NCBI GenBank assembly: GCA_016790965.1
Contig: JAEUNZ010000001.1
Location: 27,095 to 91,094, forward strand
Direction of reading: 5' to 3'
Length of the DNA: 64,000 nucleotides
Source: Dechloromonas sp.
GTDB taxonomy: Bacteria; Pseudomonadota; Gammaproteobacteria; Burkholderiales; Rhodocyclaceae
Shown here piece by piece: positions 35,830 to 44,977 of this stretch. Made by a program: the position numbers and the translations under genes. Under the pieces are notes generated by a model that saw only the letters and a program-made list of their open reading frames with translations, was not told the DNA's origin and did not search any database. Numbering within the stretch: the first letter of the stretch is position 1; each line of letters starts with the position of its first letter.

Positions 35830-37284
35830 CTACGCCCACCCGGGAACATACCCGCCTCTCGGGTGCTCAGGATCGGCAATCCTGATCAGATTAGCCTCCA
35901 GCGCCTTGTTGATGACCGTGCTTGCCTGCGCCGCATTCCGGCTGGCAATGCCCAAGCGGGCGCATAAGGTGGCGTTTTTCATCTTGTCGCCGCTGAGAAA
36001 CTTGAACACCGCGTGGAAGTAACAAGCGCGGACGCGCTCGTCGGGTGTCATGTCGGCAAACATGCGCGGTCCATACATAACAACCTGCGTAGCATGGTTT
36101 TCGGCGCGGAACCATGGCGCTGGAAGCTGGTGTAGTTCGACCAACTCAATCACCTTGTCCAGACCGCTCCCCTGTTCCTCACAGAAATTCATCCGCCGCA
36201 TCAAGCTGGCCAGCGCCTCGTTGCGGGAGCGTGGCGGCAAATCCACCATCCGATCGGGTTGAACCAGCGGGATGCCTGGATTGCTGATTTCAATGCGGTC
36301 GCTGAACAATTCGATCAGCGGCCCCGCCCCGGTAATCGTCATGTCCTGGTGAATCATGGCATTGGCGACGAGTTCGCGTATCGCCAACTCGGGAAACATC
36401 GAATGCGATTCCCGTAGCGCAGCCCCGATGTGCTCGTTCTTCGGTTGCAGATCGTTCAGGTAAGCGACCAGCCCCTCGAACCCCACCGCATACCCCTTCT
36501 GTCCATCATGGCGATGCTTGACTGTGGTCGCGCGGGTTTTCCCCTCATAGGCAACAAAGCGAATCGCCTTGCGGGAAATCCCATCGTCGAACTCCGACAA
36601 ACGGTTGGCAAACAGGATGGCGCCCAGATTCGTGATGTTCCACCGCTCGCCGACATCTTTCACTGCCAGCCGGTCCACCACCAGCTTCTCGAAAATTCCC
36701 TGCCGGTTGTCCGGCAGAGGCTGCTTGGTCAGACGGAAATACTGGCTGTAGTCGAGCAGCGCCAGAACATCGTCGCCCGAAACATACTGGCGGGCAATGC
36801 CGCCCTCCCAGCGATAGGGGCGCATGCGATCAATCAGGGCCTGGTAACGCTCGGGATAATCCGTCAGCTTCGGCGTTGCGCTGCCAATGCGGATGTAGGG
36901 CGTTCCATTGAAGCAGACTGGCGCCCCGGTTGCCGCCGGGATTTCCAGCAAAACAACCCGCCCATCGGGATGGCTGACCTCCCGGAAGGCAAAAGCGATG
37001 CTCGGCTGCAAACGTTGCGCCAGCCAGAACTGCAAGGGTTGATTCCCCATTTTTTCCGACTCGGGGTGGAAGCCCGTGCCAATCACGCGATGACTGCCAT
37101 CCTCAATCCCCCAAAGCATGAAGGCCGTCTCCCGCCCCACCATGCGGGCAGCGTTGGAAAGCGCAGAGCAACGCAAGCCGATCATCTCCGGATCGGCATT
37201 GTTCGCCTTGAACTCCAGCCACTCCATTTCGTCGGGCTGAGCGCGGAGTTCATTCACCAGATCAATATCGCGGGCTGCGCTCAT
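35830..37284 (-). CDS. AlbA_2 (Schlafen-like) + HATPase_c_4 + C-terminal wHTH protein embedded in the Type I R-M operon
   Basis: N-terminal ..EMEWLEFKAN.. (AlbA_2 'divergent AAA' signature) and central ..AIRELVANAMIHQDM.. (HATPase_c_4 signature). The C-terminal helix-rich ~80 aa look like a DNA-binding domain. The start overlaps the hsdS stop (ATGA). Confidence 0.7.
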   Translation of the reverse strand: MSAARDIDLVNELRAQPDEMEWLEFKANNADPEMIGLRCSALSNAARMVGRETAFMLWGIEDGSHRVIGTGFHPESEKMGNQPLQFWLAQRLQPSIAFAFREVSHPDGRVVLLEIPAATGAPVCFNGTPYIRIGSATPKLTDYPERYQALIDRMRPYRWEGGIARQYVSGDDVLALLDYSQYFRLTKQPLPDNRQGIFEKLVVDRLAVKDVGERWNITNLGAILFANRLSEFDDGISRKAIRFVAYEGKTRATTVKHRHDGQKGYAVGFEGLVAYLNDLQPKNEHIGAALRESHSMFPELAIRELVANAMIHQDMTITGAGPLIELFSDRIEISNPGIPLVQPDRMVDLPPRSRNEALASLMRRMNFCEEQGSGLDKVIELVELHQLPAPWFRAENHATQVVMYGPRMFADMTPDERVRACYFHAVFKFLSGDKMKNATLCARLGIASRNAAQASTVINKALEANLIRIADPEHPRGGYVPGWA

Positions 37285-38747
37285 TGCGTGGCTCCTACTG
37301 TTGGACGTGTTTTCTTCTTGCCGGGGGGTGCCGACAAACGCTCGGCGCGGATGCGTTCGAGCAGGGTGGTGGCGGGTTCTTCGTTTTTGGCCTGTTTGAC
37401 CAGTTGACCGCAGAAAGCCTTTTTCAGGATGGACTGGCGCAGCGCGTCGGCCTGTTGCAGCGCGGTGGCGAGGGTTTGGTCGAGTTGGTCGGCTTCGGAG
37501 AGTTTTTCGGCAAGCAGTTTTTCTATTTGTTGCTGTTCTTGCTCACTGCAAAGCGGATAAGCAAAACCTTCAACGGACTTGGTGTTGAAGTGAATCAACG
37601 CAACCCCAACCATCTTTTGTTTTACGCGCCCCTGCGTCTGCCAGTTCATGTAGTAGGCCAACAAATGCGAGGAAACATGTCGCGGCGCTTTGACAATAAC
37701 GAGATCAGAGCAATTTGCCTTACCCAAATGCTCGGGGATTACACAAGAAACGCCAATAGAACCTGAGCGAACCACGACCACATCCCCCGCAGACAAGGCG
37801 GACTTGCTCAAGGACTGATGGAATCCTTCTGATATGAACTTTAAGCCTTCGGGATCAAAACGGTTTTCTCGAACATTCTGCGAACGCAGAAATGGCACCC
37901 CCTGTTCGATGTATTCGTCCTTCATTGGGCCTACGTAACCGACCGTTACTCGGTCCACCAACTCACCAACGCGAATCCAGCCCCACCCCGCCGGCAGTTC
38001 AGGCAACTCGGCGAGTTCTTCGGCGGTGAGCGGAGGCAGGGGCTTGGGGGGTTTGGGTTTGGGGCCTGCTTGGCCGGCGGTTTGCCAGTCGGCGAGTTGT
38101 TGCTGGTAGCGGGCCTGGCGTTCGCGGGCGATGCGTTGTTGCAGGGCGACGGCGGTTTCGAGCTGGTCGGCGTGAGCGGCGCGCCAGGCGGCGGTGAGCT
38201 TGCCTTCGAAGGCATTCTTGAGCAGCGACTGGCGATAGACCTTGAGCTGTTCGCGGGCGGTATTCAGGCTGGCCACGCCCTGATCGAGTTCGGAAAACAG
38301 TTCCTCGATCTTGGAGACGATGCGGTGTTGTTCGGCGAGTGGAGGAATCGGCAGCAACGATTTGGCAAGGTGCTGGTAGTGCCGCGCATAGCCGTTGTTT
38401 GGAATCTTGGTAACGAGATAGCGGACAAACTGCTCCAGCAACTTTGGCAAGATACAGGCGCTCGGCTGAAGAACCTTTACGCCATCAGCACCCGGAGCAA
38501 ACGCTGTGTTGACCAATTTCACTACGCGAGTGTGGTCCCCAAATACGATAGCTGGCAGCTCGCAATCAATCACCATCGCAGTGTCATCGGTGTAACCGCC
38601 AACGTAGTCTTGCCCTTGGTCGAACACAGGGAACTTCCCGCTTGGAAGGTAGTTTTTCTGCGGGATTTTCTTGTCGGTAAGGGTAACGTTACGTACAGCT
38701 TCGCTGACTGGCAGCAACACCCATGAGGGAGGAAATTCCTCCATCAC
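37281..38747 (-). CDS. hsdS: Type I restriction-modification specificity subunit
   Basis: Two target-recognition domains, visibly less GC-rich, are separated by a helical central conserved region (PPLAEQHRIVSKIEELFSELD..) with a second conserved helix at the C-terminus (..EQEQQQIEKLLAEKLSEADQL..). The start abuts the hsdR stop (GTGATG). Confidence 0.88.
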   Translation of the reverse strand: MMEEFPPSWVLLPVSEAVRNVTLTDKKIPQKNYLPSGKFPVFDQGQDYVGGYTDDTAMVIDCELPAIVFGDHTRVVKLVNTAFAPGADGVKVLQPSACILPKLLEQFVRYLVTKIPNNGYARHYQHLAKSLLPIPPLAEQHRIVSKIEELFSELDQGVASLNTAREQLKVYRQSLLKNAFEGKLTAAWRAAHADQLETAVALQQRIARERQARYQQQLADWQTAGQAGPKPKPPKPLPPLTAEELAELPELPAGWGWIRVGELVDRVTVGYVGPMKDEYIEQGVPFLRSQNVRENRFDPEGLKFISEGFHQSLSKSALSAGDVVVVRSGSIGVSCVIPEHLGKANCSDLVIVKAPRHVSSHLLAYYMNWQTQGRVKQKMVGVALIHFNTKSVEGFAYPLCSEQEQQQIEKLLAEKLSEADQLDQTLATALQQADALRQSILKKAFCGQLVKQAKNEEPATTLLERIRAERLSAPPGKKKTRPTVGATQ

Positions 38748-41572
38748 GCCACCAACGCCTCATTCAACTCATCCAGCAACAGGTCCATGCCCTCGCCGAA
38801 CAGTTGCCACATTTTCCCCAGCCCGCCCTGGGCGTCGAAGGGGCTGTAGTCGAGGTCGCTGCGCTCGACGTGGCAGGAGTGGGCGATATGGTCGCGGAGC
38901 ATGCGTAGCCAGTTCATCTGTTCTTCGTTGAATTTGTCGGTGCCGCCGGCGTGGTGCTGCATGATCCAGGTCTGGAAGTTCTTGCGCACGGTGTCGGCGA
39001 ACGGGGTGATTTTGGCGTCCAGGCCGCAGACGCGGCGGATCAGGGCGAGCAGCGCGGTCAGTTCCTGTTCCGGCGGGGCGCCATTGTAGCCGTCGAGCTG
39101 GCCGTAGGCTTGCCAGATGCGCAGCGGAGCGAGTTTGGGTTTGTCGGCTTTGAGCTTGTCGAGTACCTGGCGCACCAGCTTCAGCGTGACTTCGCGCCGT
39201 CGCCAGGGTTGGGCGAAGAAGATGGTGAGTGCTTCGATTTCATCCCGGTTGGCGGCCAGCCAGTCGGCGAATTCGCCGGTCAGCGCTTCGGCCTGCGCGG
39301 CGCTGTCCTGGCTCCAGCCGGCGTAGGTGACGCTATCCAGATTGTCGTGGTCGATGGTCTGTTCTTTTTCGCGGCGGATGGTGTCGATCAGTTCGATGAA
39401 TTCGCCGTTGAGCAGCGCCGCGGCTTCGCCAACCAGTTGTTGCTGGGCTTGGTCGCGCAGCGTGTCGCCGGGGTCGTTGCCCGCATTTTGCCCAAAGCGC
39501 AGGCCGGCGAGTTCGAGGGCGCGGGCTTCGATGAGGTCGCCGTCGATGGCGTTGAACAGTTTGCTGACCAGGTGGCTGAGTTCGACGCCGCCGGCCGCTT
39601 CGCGCAGGCGGCGCTGGTCGTCGGCGTCGAGCTGCTTGTTGAGGCGAGCCAGACGGCCGGCCAGCGAGGAGACGCTGTCGGTGTCGGTGGCGCCCATCAG
39701 GATGCCCATGGCGAGGTCTTTGAGCGGCACACCGGGCTTGGTGATCAGTGGCTGGCTGGCGGTCTTCAGCGATTTGGTGACGCCGATGGCGTCGACGATC
39801 ACGTAGTGGGTCTTGGCGGTTTTGGCGCTGGGCGTGACTTTGCGCAGCTCGTCCATGTCCAGCGTGCGGGTGCCGCGGCCTTTCATCTGCTCGAAGTAGT
39901 TGCGGCTTTTGACGTCGCGCATGAAGAGCAGGCATTCGAGCGGTTTCACATCGGTGCCGGTGGCGATCATGTCGACGGTGACGGCGATGCGCGGGTGGTA
40001 TTCGTTGCGGAACTGGGCGAGGACGGATTTGGGGTCTTCGCCTTCCTGCACGCTGCCGTCGGCGAGCTTTTTGTCCTGCGCGGCGCGATAGGTGACTTTC
40101 TTGCAGAAGGCGTTGCCCTCGCCGAATTCCTCGCGCACGGTCTGGATGATGTCGTCGGCGTGGCTGTCGGTCTTGGCGAAGATCAGGGTCTTCGGCACTT
40201 CATCGCGGCCGGGGAAGATGGCCGGCAGATTGTCGCGGAAGGCGCGGATGACAGTGCGGATCTGGTCCGGGTTGACGATGTCGCGGTCGAGTTGTGTGGC
40301 GGTGTAGGCGGCGTCCTCGTCCTGCTGTTCCCAACGCTTTTTGCGGGTCAGGCGCTCGCGCTTTTCGACTTGCTGCTCGGCGGCAATAACGGCGCCTTGC
40401 TGGGTGATGCGGGTGTCGATGAGGTAGATCTCGTTGCCGACGTTGACGCCGTCGGCGACGGCTTTTTCATGGCTGTAGTCGCTGACGACGTTCTTTTTGA
40501 AGTAGCCGTAGGTGCGGTTGTCGGGCGTCGCGGTGAGGCCGATCAGGCTGGCGTCGAAGTAGTCGAGCACCTGTTGCCAGAGGTTGTAGATGCTGCGGTG
40601 GCATTCGTCGATGAAGATGAAATCGAAGAACTCGGGCGGGATTTTGGCGTTGTAGGCGACCGGGGCAGGGGCTTTGGCCAGGGTCAGTTCGGCCGGGTTG
40701 ATTTCTTCGGTGGCTTCGTCGAGTTCCTTGTCCTGCAGCAACGCGTAGAGGCGCTGGATGGTCGAGATGCAGACGTCGGCGCCCTTGTCGACGAAGCTGC
40801 TTTTGAGCCGCTGGACGCTGTAAAGCTCGGTGAATTTGCGGTTATCGTCGATCGGCACGTAGGCCATCATTTCCTGCTCGGCCTGCTCGCCGAGGTTTTT
40901 GGTATCAACCAGGAAGAGCACGCGCTTGGCGTCTGCGTGCTTGAGCAGGCGGTAGATACTGGTGATGGCGGTGTAGGTCTTGCCGGCGCCGGTGGCCATC
41001 TGGATCAGGGCGCGCGGCCGGGCTTCGCGGAAGGATTGTTCGAGGTTGGTGATCGCCGTTTCCTGGCAGTCGCGCAGGCGGAGTTCTTTGGCCGGCTGGT
41101 GCTCCGGGTTGAGCGGCGGCAGTTCGGCGAGGCGTCCGCGCAGGCTGTCGCCTTCGGCCATCCAGTCGCGCAGGGTTTCAGGGCGGTGGAAGCTGAACAC
41201 CTCGCGCGAACGCGGCTTGGGGTCGCGGCCATCGGTGAAGCGGGTGACGATGCCAGTGGCTTCGTAGAGGAAGGGCAGCGGCTGCTGGTTATTGACCCAC
41301 TTGAGTTTGGCGGCTGCGTAGCCTTCAGTTTGCGGCTCGTGGGCAGTCAGGCGCTGGCCTTCTGATTCGCGCTTGGCTTCGATGACGCCGACGGCTTTTT
41401 TGTCGACGAAGAGTACGTAGTCGGCCGGGCCGGCATCGGTTTGCCACTCGCGCACGGCCTGTCCAGCCCCGACGCCGAAATCGATTTTCTTTTGCACCGC
41501 CCAGCCGGCAGCACGCAATTGCGCATCGATGCGGTCGCGGGCTTGTTGCTCGGGATTCTGGTTTTCGCTCAT
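38744..41572 (-). CDS. hsdR: Type I restriction enzyme R subunit (HSDR_N nuclease + SF2 helicase + EcoEI_R_C-like tail)
   Basis: Start at the internal ATG (MSENQNPEQQARDRIDAQL..). Nuclease-like N-domain (ADYVLFVD..VGVIEAKR), helicase motifs I (MATGAGKT), II (DECH) and VI (QMKGRGTR). Confidence 0.92.
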   Translation of the reverse strand: MSENQNPEQQARDRIDAQLRAAGWAVQKKIDFGVGAGQAVREWQTDAGPADYVLFVDKKAVGVIEAKRESEGQRLTAHEPQTEGYAAAKLKWVNNQQPLPFLYEATGIVTRFTDGRDPKPRSREVFSFHRPETLRDWMAEGDSLRGRLAELPPLNPEHQPAKELRLRDCQETAITNLEQSFREARPRALIQMATGAGKTYTAITSIYRLLKHADAKRVLFLVDTKNLGEQAEQEMMAYVPIDDNRKFTELYSVQRLKSSFVDKGADVCISTIQRLYALLQDKELDEATEEINPAELTLAKAPAPVAYNAKIPPEFFDFIFIDECHRSIYNLWQQVLDYFDASLIGLTATPDNRTYGYFKKNVVSDYSHEKAVADGVNVGNEIYLIDTRITQQGAVIAAEQQVEKRERLTRKKRWEQQDEDAAYTATQLDRDIVNPDQIRTVIRAFRDNLPAIFPGRDEVPKTLIFAKTDSHADDIIQTVREEFGEGNAFCKKVTYRAAQDKKLADGSVQEGEDPKSVLAQFRNEYHPRIAVTVDMIATGTDVKPLECLLFMRDVKSRNYFEQMKGRGTRTLDMDELRKVTPSAKTAKTHYVIVDAIGVTKSLKTASQPLITKPGVPLKDLAMGILMGATDTDSVSSLAGRLARLNKQLDADDQRRLREAAGGVELSHLVSKLFNAIDGDLIEARALELAGLRFGQNAGNDPGDTLRDQAQQQLVGEAAALLNGEFIELIDTIRREKEQTIDHDNLDSVTYAGWSQDSAAQAEALTGEFADWLAANRDEIEALTIFFAQPWRRREVTLKLVRQVLDKLKADKPKLAPLRIWQAYGQLDGYNGAPPEQELTALLALIRRVCGLDAKITPFADTVRKNFQTWIMQHHAGGTDKFNEEQMNWLRMLRDHIAHSCHVERSDLDYSPFDAQGGLGKMWQLFGEGMDLLLDELNEALVA

Positions 41573-41704
41573 GGGCGGCGGAGCGCTTATTGGCAATCCG
41601 GCGATGATAGCGGAAGGCGCGACCGGTCTGGATGCCAGGCGAATCTCTCGCTGCCCGGAGGCCACCTTCGGCGCGAATTGTCGGTTACGACGAAACATCA
41701 GGGC

Positions 41705-41728
41705 GCGGATGCTTGTCTCGGCATCCGC
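41705..41728 (-). terminator. Hairpin after the symporter gene
   Basis: GCGGATGC-N8-GCATCCGC is a perfect 8-bp stem 10 nt after the stop at 41738, followed on the minus strand by ..GATGTTTCG. Confidence 0.45.
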
Positions 41729-41737
41729 GAAACCTGG

Positions 41738-43249
41738 CTAGCGCTTGGGATGCTCGTGCAGGGGTTCGGCGTGGTGCGTCTCCGCCGCCGCGCGGTGATG
41801 CAGGGCGGCGTGGAGGTCTTCCTGGGGCGTGGCCCGACCGATCCACTGGGGAAGCAGGGAGCCGAGGAGCATTCCGACGAAGCCTACGGCCAGGCCGATG
41901 AGTTGGGGCGGTACCGGGCTTTCCTCGATCAGGAACTCGACCAGCAACCAGGAACTGAGTCCCCCGACGATGGACGCCAGCGCCCCCTGGGAAGTGGCGC
42001 GCTTCCACAGCGCCCCGGCAAAGAGAGGCACGAAAGCGCCGGCCAGGGTGACCTTGTAGGCGTTTTCCACCATCTTGAAAATGGAGGCGTTGGAGTAGAG
42101 GGCAAAGCCGAGCACGACGCAGGCGAAGCCGACGATGGAAAAACGCATGACCCGCAGGAAAGCCCGGTCGCCCAAGCGCGGGAACATGGGGCGGATGATG
42201 TTCTCGGCGAAGGTGACGGAAGGTGCCAGCAGGGTGGCCGACGAACAGCTCATGATGGCCGAGAGCACGGCGCCGAAGAAGATGACCTGGGCGAAGAGCG
42301 GTGTGTGGTTCAGGACCAGCAGCGGCAACACCTTCTGGAAATCCTCCGGGGCGTCGGAAGCGAGCATCGGCCCATACTGGCCGGGGTCGATGAGGGTTGC
42401 CGAATAGGCGATGAACATGGGCACGAAGCAGAAGCAGAAGTAGATCGATGCTCCCAGGATCGAGCCCCAAATTGCGACCTTGGCGCTCTTGGCCGAAGTG
42501 ATGCGCTGGAAGACGTCCTGCTGCGGGATGGAACCCAGCATCATGGTCACCCAGGCCCCCAGGAAGGTGATCCACAGCCAGGGATCGGGTTCGGGGAAGA
42601 ACTCGAACTTGCCGGCGGCGGCCGCGTGGTCGATGACGACACCGGCGCCGCCGGTCTTGTCGGCCATCACCGTGGCGATGAAGAATAGGCCGCCCATGCT
42701 CACCGCCATCTGCACGAAGTCGAGCACCGCTACCGACAGCATGCCGCCGAAGGTGGTGTAGGTGAGCACCACCGCTGCGCCCAGGACCATGCCCGCCGTC
42801 TGGCTCAGGCCGTCGTTGGTCACCACGTTGAGGATGAGGCCCAGGGCCTTGATCTGGGCGGACACCCAGCCCAGGTAGGAGGCGACGATGCAGAGGGTGG
42901 TGATGACCTCGACCGTGCGGTTGTAGCGCAGGCGGTAGAAGTCGCCCAGGGTGATGATGTTGAGCTTGTAGAGGTAGCGGGAGAAGAAAATGCCGGCGAT
43001 GACGAGGCACATGGAGGAGCCGAAGGGGTCGGCCACCACCCCACCCAGGCCCTCACGTACGAAGGTGGATGAGGCACCGAACACGGCTTCGGCACCGAAC
43101 CAGGTCGCAAACACGGTGGCGGTGACCACCGGTAGCGGCAGGTGTCGGCCCGCGACGGCGAAATCCTTGGTGTTGTGCACCCGGGTGGCGGCAAAGAGGC
43201 CGATGCCGATAGACACCAATAGGTAAAGCGCCACGAACCAGACCAGCAT
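41738..43249 (-). CDS. Sodium:solute symporter family transporter
   Basis: 503 aa, ~13 TM. SSF N-terminal motifs (DFAVAGRHLPLPVVTATVFATWFGAE.., ..TLGDFYRLRY). Confidence 0.88.
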   Translation of the reverse strand: MLVWFVALYLLVSIGIGLFAATRVHNTKDFAVAGRHLPLPVVTATVFATWFGAEAVFGASSTFVREGLGGVVADPFGSSMCLVIAGIFFSRYLYKLNIITLGDFYRLRYNRTVEVITTLCIVASYLGWVSAQIKALGLILNVVTNDGLSQTAGMVLGAAVVLTYTTFGGMLSVAVLDFVQMAVSMGGLFFIATVMADKTGGAGVVIDHAAAAGKFEFFPEPDPWLWITFLGAWVTMMLGSIPQQDVFQRITSAKSAKVAIWGSILGASIYFCFCFVPMFIAYSATLIDPGQYGPMLASDAPEDFQKVLPLLVLNHTPLFAQVIFFGAVLSAIMSCSSATLLAPSVTFAENIIRPMFPRLGDRAFLRVMRFSIVGFACVVLGFALYSNASIFKMVENAYKVTLAGAFVPLFAGALWKRATSQGALASIVGGLSSWLLVEFLIEESPVPPQLIGLAVGFVGMLLGSLLPQWIGRATPQEDLHAALHHRAAAETHHAEPLHEHPKR

Positions 43250-43341
43250 GAGCCACCCCCCCGGGAAAGATGGCGGCGATTATACTTTTTTGCGGCGCAC
43301 CAAGGGGGGGCGTGCCAGGGCCGCCGGAATCGGGGAAATCC

Positions 43342-44109
43342 TCAGGGATTCAACTGTTTGTAGGTGGTTTCCGCGAGGGAAAGAAGCTTCTCGCGGGGCA
43401 ATTCGCCGGAAAGGGCGTAGCCCAGTCGGCCGTCCAGCCAGTAGAACACGCCGATCTTGCCCTCCAGGGCATAGCGGAAGGCGGTTTCGCGGTTTTCGGC
43501 GGCGTCGCTGCGGATATAGAGGGTGAGGCGCCGTCCGCCGGCGTCCTCATACATGAACTGGGCCACCGGTCCTTTGTCTCCGGGCAGTAGGCGGCCCCCC
43601 ACCAGGGTGTAGCCCTCGGCGCCCAGGTGGGGCACCTTGAGCGGGGTGCCCAGGCGCTTGGACAGCCACTGGGCGAGATGGGCTTCCTGGTCGGCGCCCA
43701 CTTCCACCGGATGGCGCACTTCCGGCGTGTAGACGACGTGGGCCAGGGCAGCGCTGCGGGCAATGGGGGGGGGCGCTGCCTCGCCGGGGGCTTGGGTCGC
43801 CTTGAAGCCGTAGCCGATGAGCGCGCCCAGGGCCAGCCAGCCGGCAGCAGCGGCGTAGGCGAATTTTTGGCGGGAAGCGCGGGCCGGCGGACGGGCGGCG
43901 GCTTGCAGCAACTCGGGAACGGGTTCGGTGAGGACGGGCTCGTAGGCCGCTCGCAACAGCTGTTTCTGTTCTTCCCAGGCGGCAACGCGCGCGGCCTCGG
44001 CGGGATGGGCGGCCAGCCAGGCGGCGACAACCTCTCGACGGGCAGGGTCGAGTTGTCCATCGACGTAGGCGTGCAAATCCTCTTCGCCAGGGGAAAGCGG
44101 AGTGTTCAT
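43342..44109 (-). CDS. Anti-sigma factor (zf-HC2-like N-domain, single TM, periplasmic domain)
   Basis: Start at the internal ATG 44109 (MNTPLSPGEEDLHAYVDGQLDP..), overlapping the sigma-factor stop (ATGA). TM segment FAYAAAAGWLALGALIGYGF. The upstream part of the 377-aa track ORF is out-of-frame overlap with the sigma gene. Confidence 0.8.
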   Translation of the reverse strand: MNTPLSPGEEDLHAYVDGQLDPARREVVAAWLAAHPAEAARVAAWEEQKQLLRAAYEPVLTEPVPELLQAAARPPARASRQKFAYAAAAGWLALGALIGYGFKATQAPGEAAPPPIARSAALAHVVYTPEVRHPVEVGADQEAHLAQWLSKRLGTPLKVPHLGAEGYTLVGGRLLPGDKGPVAQFMYEDAGGRRLTLYIRSDAAENRETAFRYALEGKIGVFYWLDGRLGYALSGELPREKLLSLAETTYKQLNP

Positions 44110-44600
44110 TTCACGATCCTCAGGCGCGCCGGACCGGTCCCTTCCGCCAGCAGGGCGCGCAGCTTGTCTCGGCCGCGGGCCAGCCGGGACATGACGGTAC
44201 CGATGGGCACGCCCAGGACGCGCGCCGCATCGGCATAGGAAACCTCTTCGAGGGTGACGAGGAGCAGCACTTCCCGCTGCTCGGGGGGCAACTGGGCGAG
44301 GGCTGCATCGATATCGCGCACCTCCAGGCGGTCGGCCTGGGAGGCGCGGGCCGCCGGCTCGACGTAGAGGTCGTCGAGGGCTTCCGCCGCGGGCGGTCGG
44401 CTGCGGTACTGATTGACGAAGACGTTGTGCATGATGGTCAGCAACCAGGCGTCGAGCCGGCTTCCGGGGCGCCATAGCGCGAACTTCGCCCAGCCCCGCT
44501 CCAGGGTGTCCTGGACCAGATCGTCGGCCGCATGGCGGTCTCCGGTCAGGGCCCGGGCGTAGCGCCGCAGGCGGGGCAGGTGGTCGGCGAAGCTCGTCAT
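44106..44600 (-). CDS. ECF (group IV) RNA polymerase sigma factor
   Basis: Start at the internal ATG 44600 (MTSFADHLPRLRRYA..). Region 2 (DDLVQDTLERGW..) and region 4 HTH (SYADAARVLGVPIGTVMSRLARGR). Confidence 0.88.
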   Translation of the reverse strand: MTSFADHLPRLRRYARALTGDRHAADDLVQDTLERGWAKFALWRPGSRLDAWLLTIMHNVFVNQYRSRPPAAEALDDLYVEPAARASQADRLEVRDIDAALAQLPPEQREVLLLVTLEEVSYADAARVLGVPIGTVMSRLARGRDKLRALLAEGTGPARLRIVK

Positions 44601-44611
44601 GGCGTCAGGGG

Positions 44612-44977
44612 CTACTTTGCCACGTGCCAGACGTTGTTGAAACCGTCGCCGGTGGCGTCGCCAGGTTTCTGGTCCTTGATCCAGAAATAAAGCGGCTTGC
44701 CCTTGTAGGTCCATTGCTTCTTGCCGTCGTCGCGGGCGATGACGGAAAAGTCGCCGCTGCCCTTGTCGCCGTCGGCGGCGGCCAGGGGGGGCCAGTTTTC
44801 GGCGCACTTGCCGTTGCACACGCTCTTGCCGCTGCCGGCCTCGTCCTTGTCGAAGACGTAGAGGGTCATGCCGTTGGGGCCCACCAGCATGTTGCTCTGC
44901 ATCTTGGCAGGCGGGTTGGCCAGACTGGCGCAAGCGGTGAAGGCGAGGCTGAGGGCGAGGGGAAGAAGGCGTTTCAT
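44612..44977 (-). CDS. Secreted lipoprotein with Yx(F/W/Y)xxD repeats (COG4315-like)
   Basis: Start at the internal ATG 44977. Lipobox LAFTAC. Repeated motifs (LYVFDKD.., LYFWIKD..) and C..NGKCAENWPP. First gene of the ECF operon. Confidence 0.7.
   Translation of the reverse strand: MKRLLPLALSLAFTACASLANPPAKMQSNMLVGPNGMTLYVFDKDEAGSGKSVCNGKCAENWPPLAAADGDKGSGDFSVIARDDGKKQWTYKGKPLYFWIKDQKPGDATGDGFNNVWHVAK

Noticed and set aside
38951-41365. 804-aa ORF on the plus strand
   Set aside because: It lies entirely antisense to hsdR, which has clear helicase and nuclease motifs. Its composition is dominated by G/A/V/D/E/F repeats typical of antisense frames in high-GC genes, and it has no recognisable domain.
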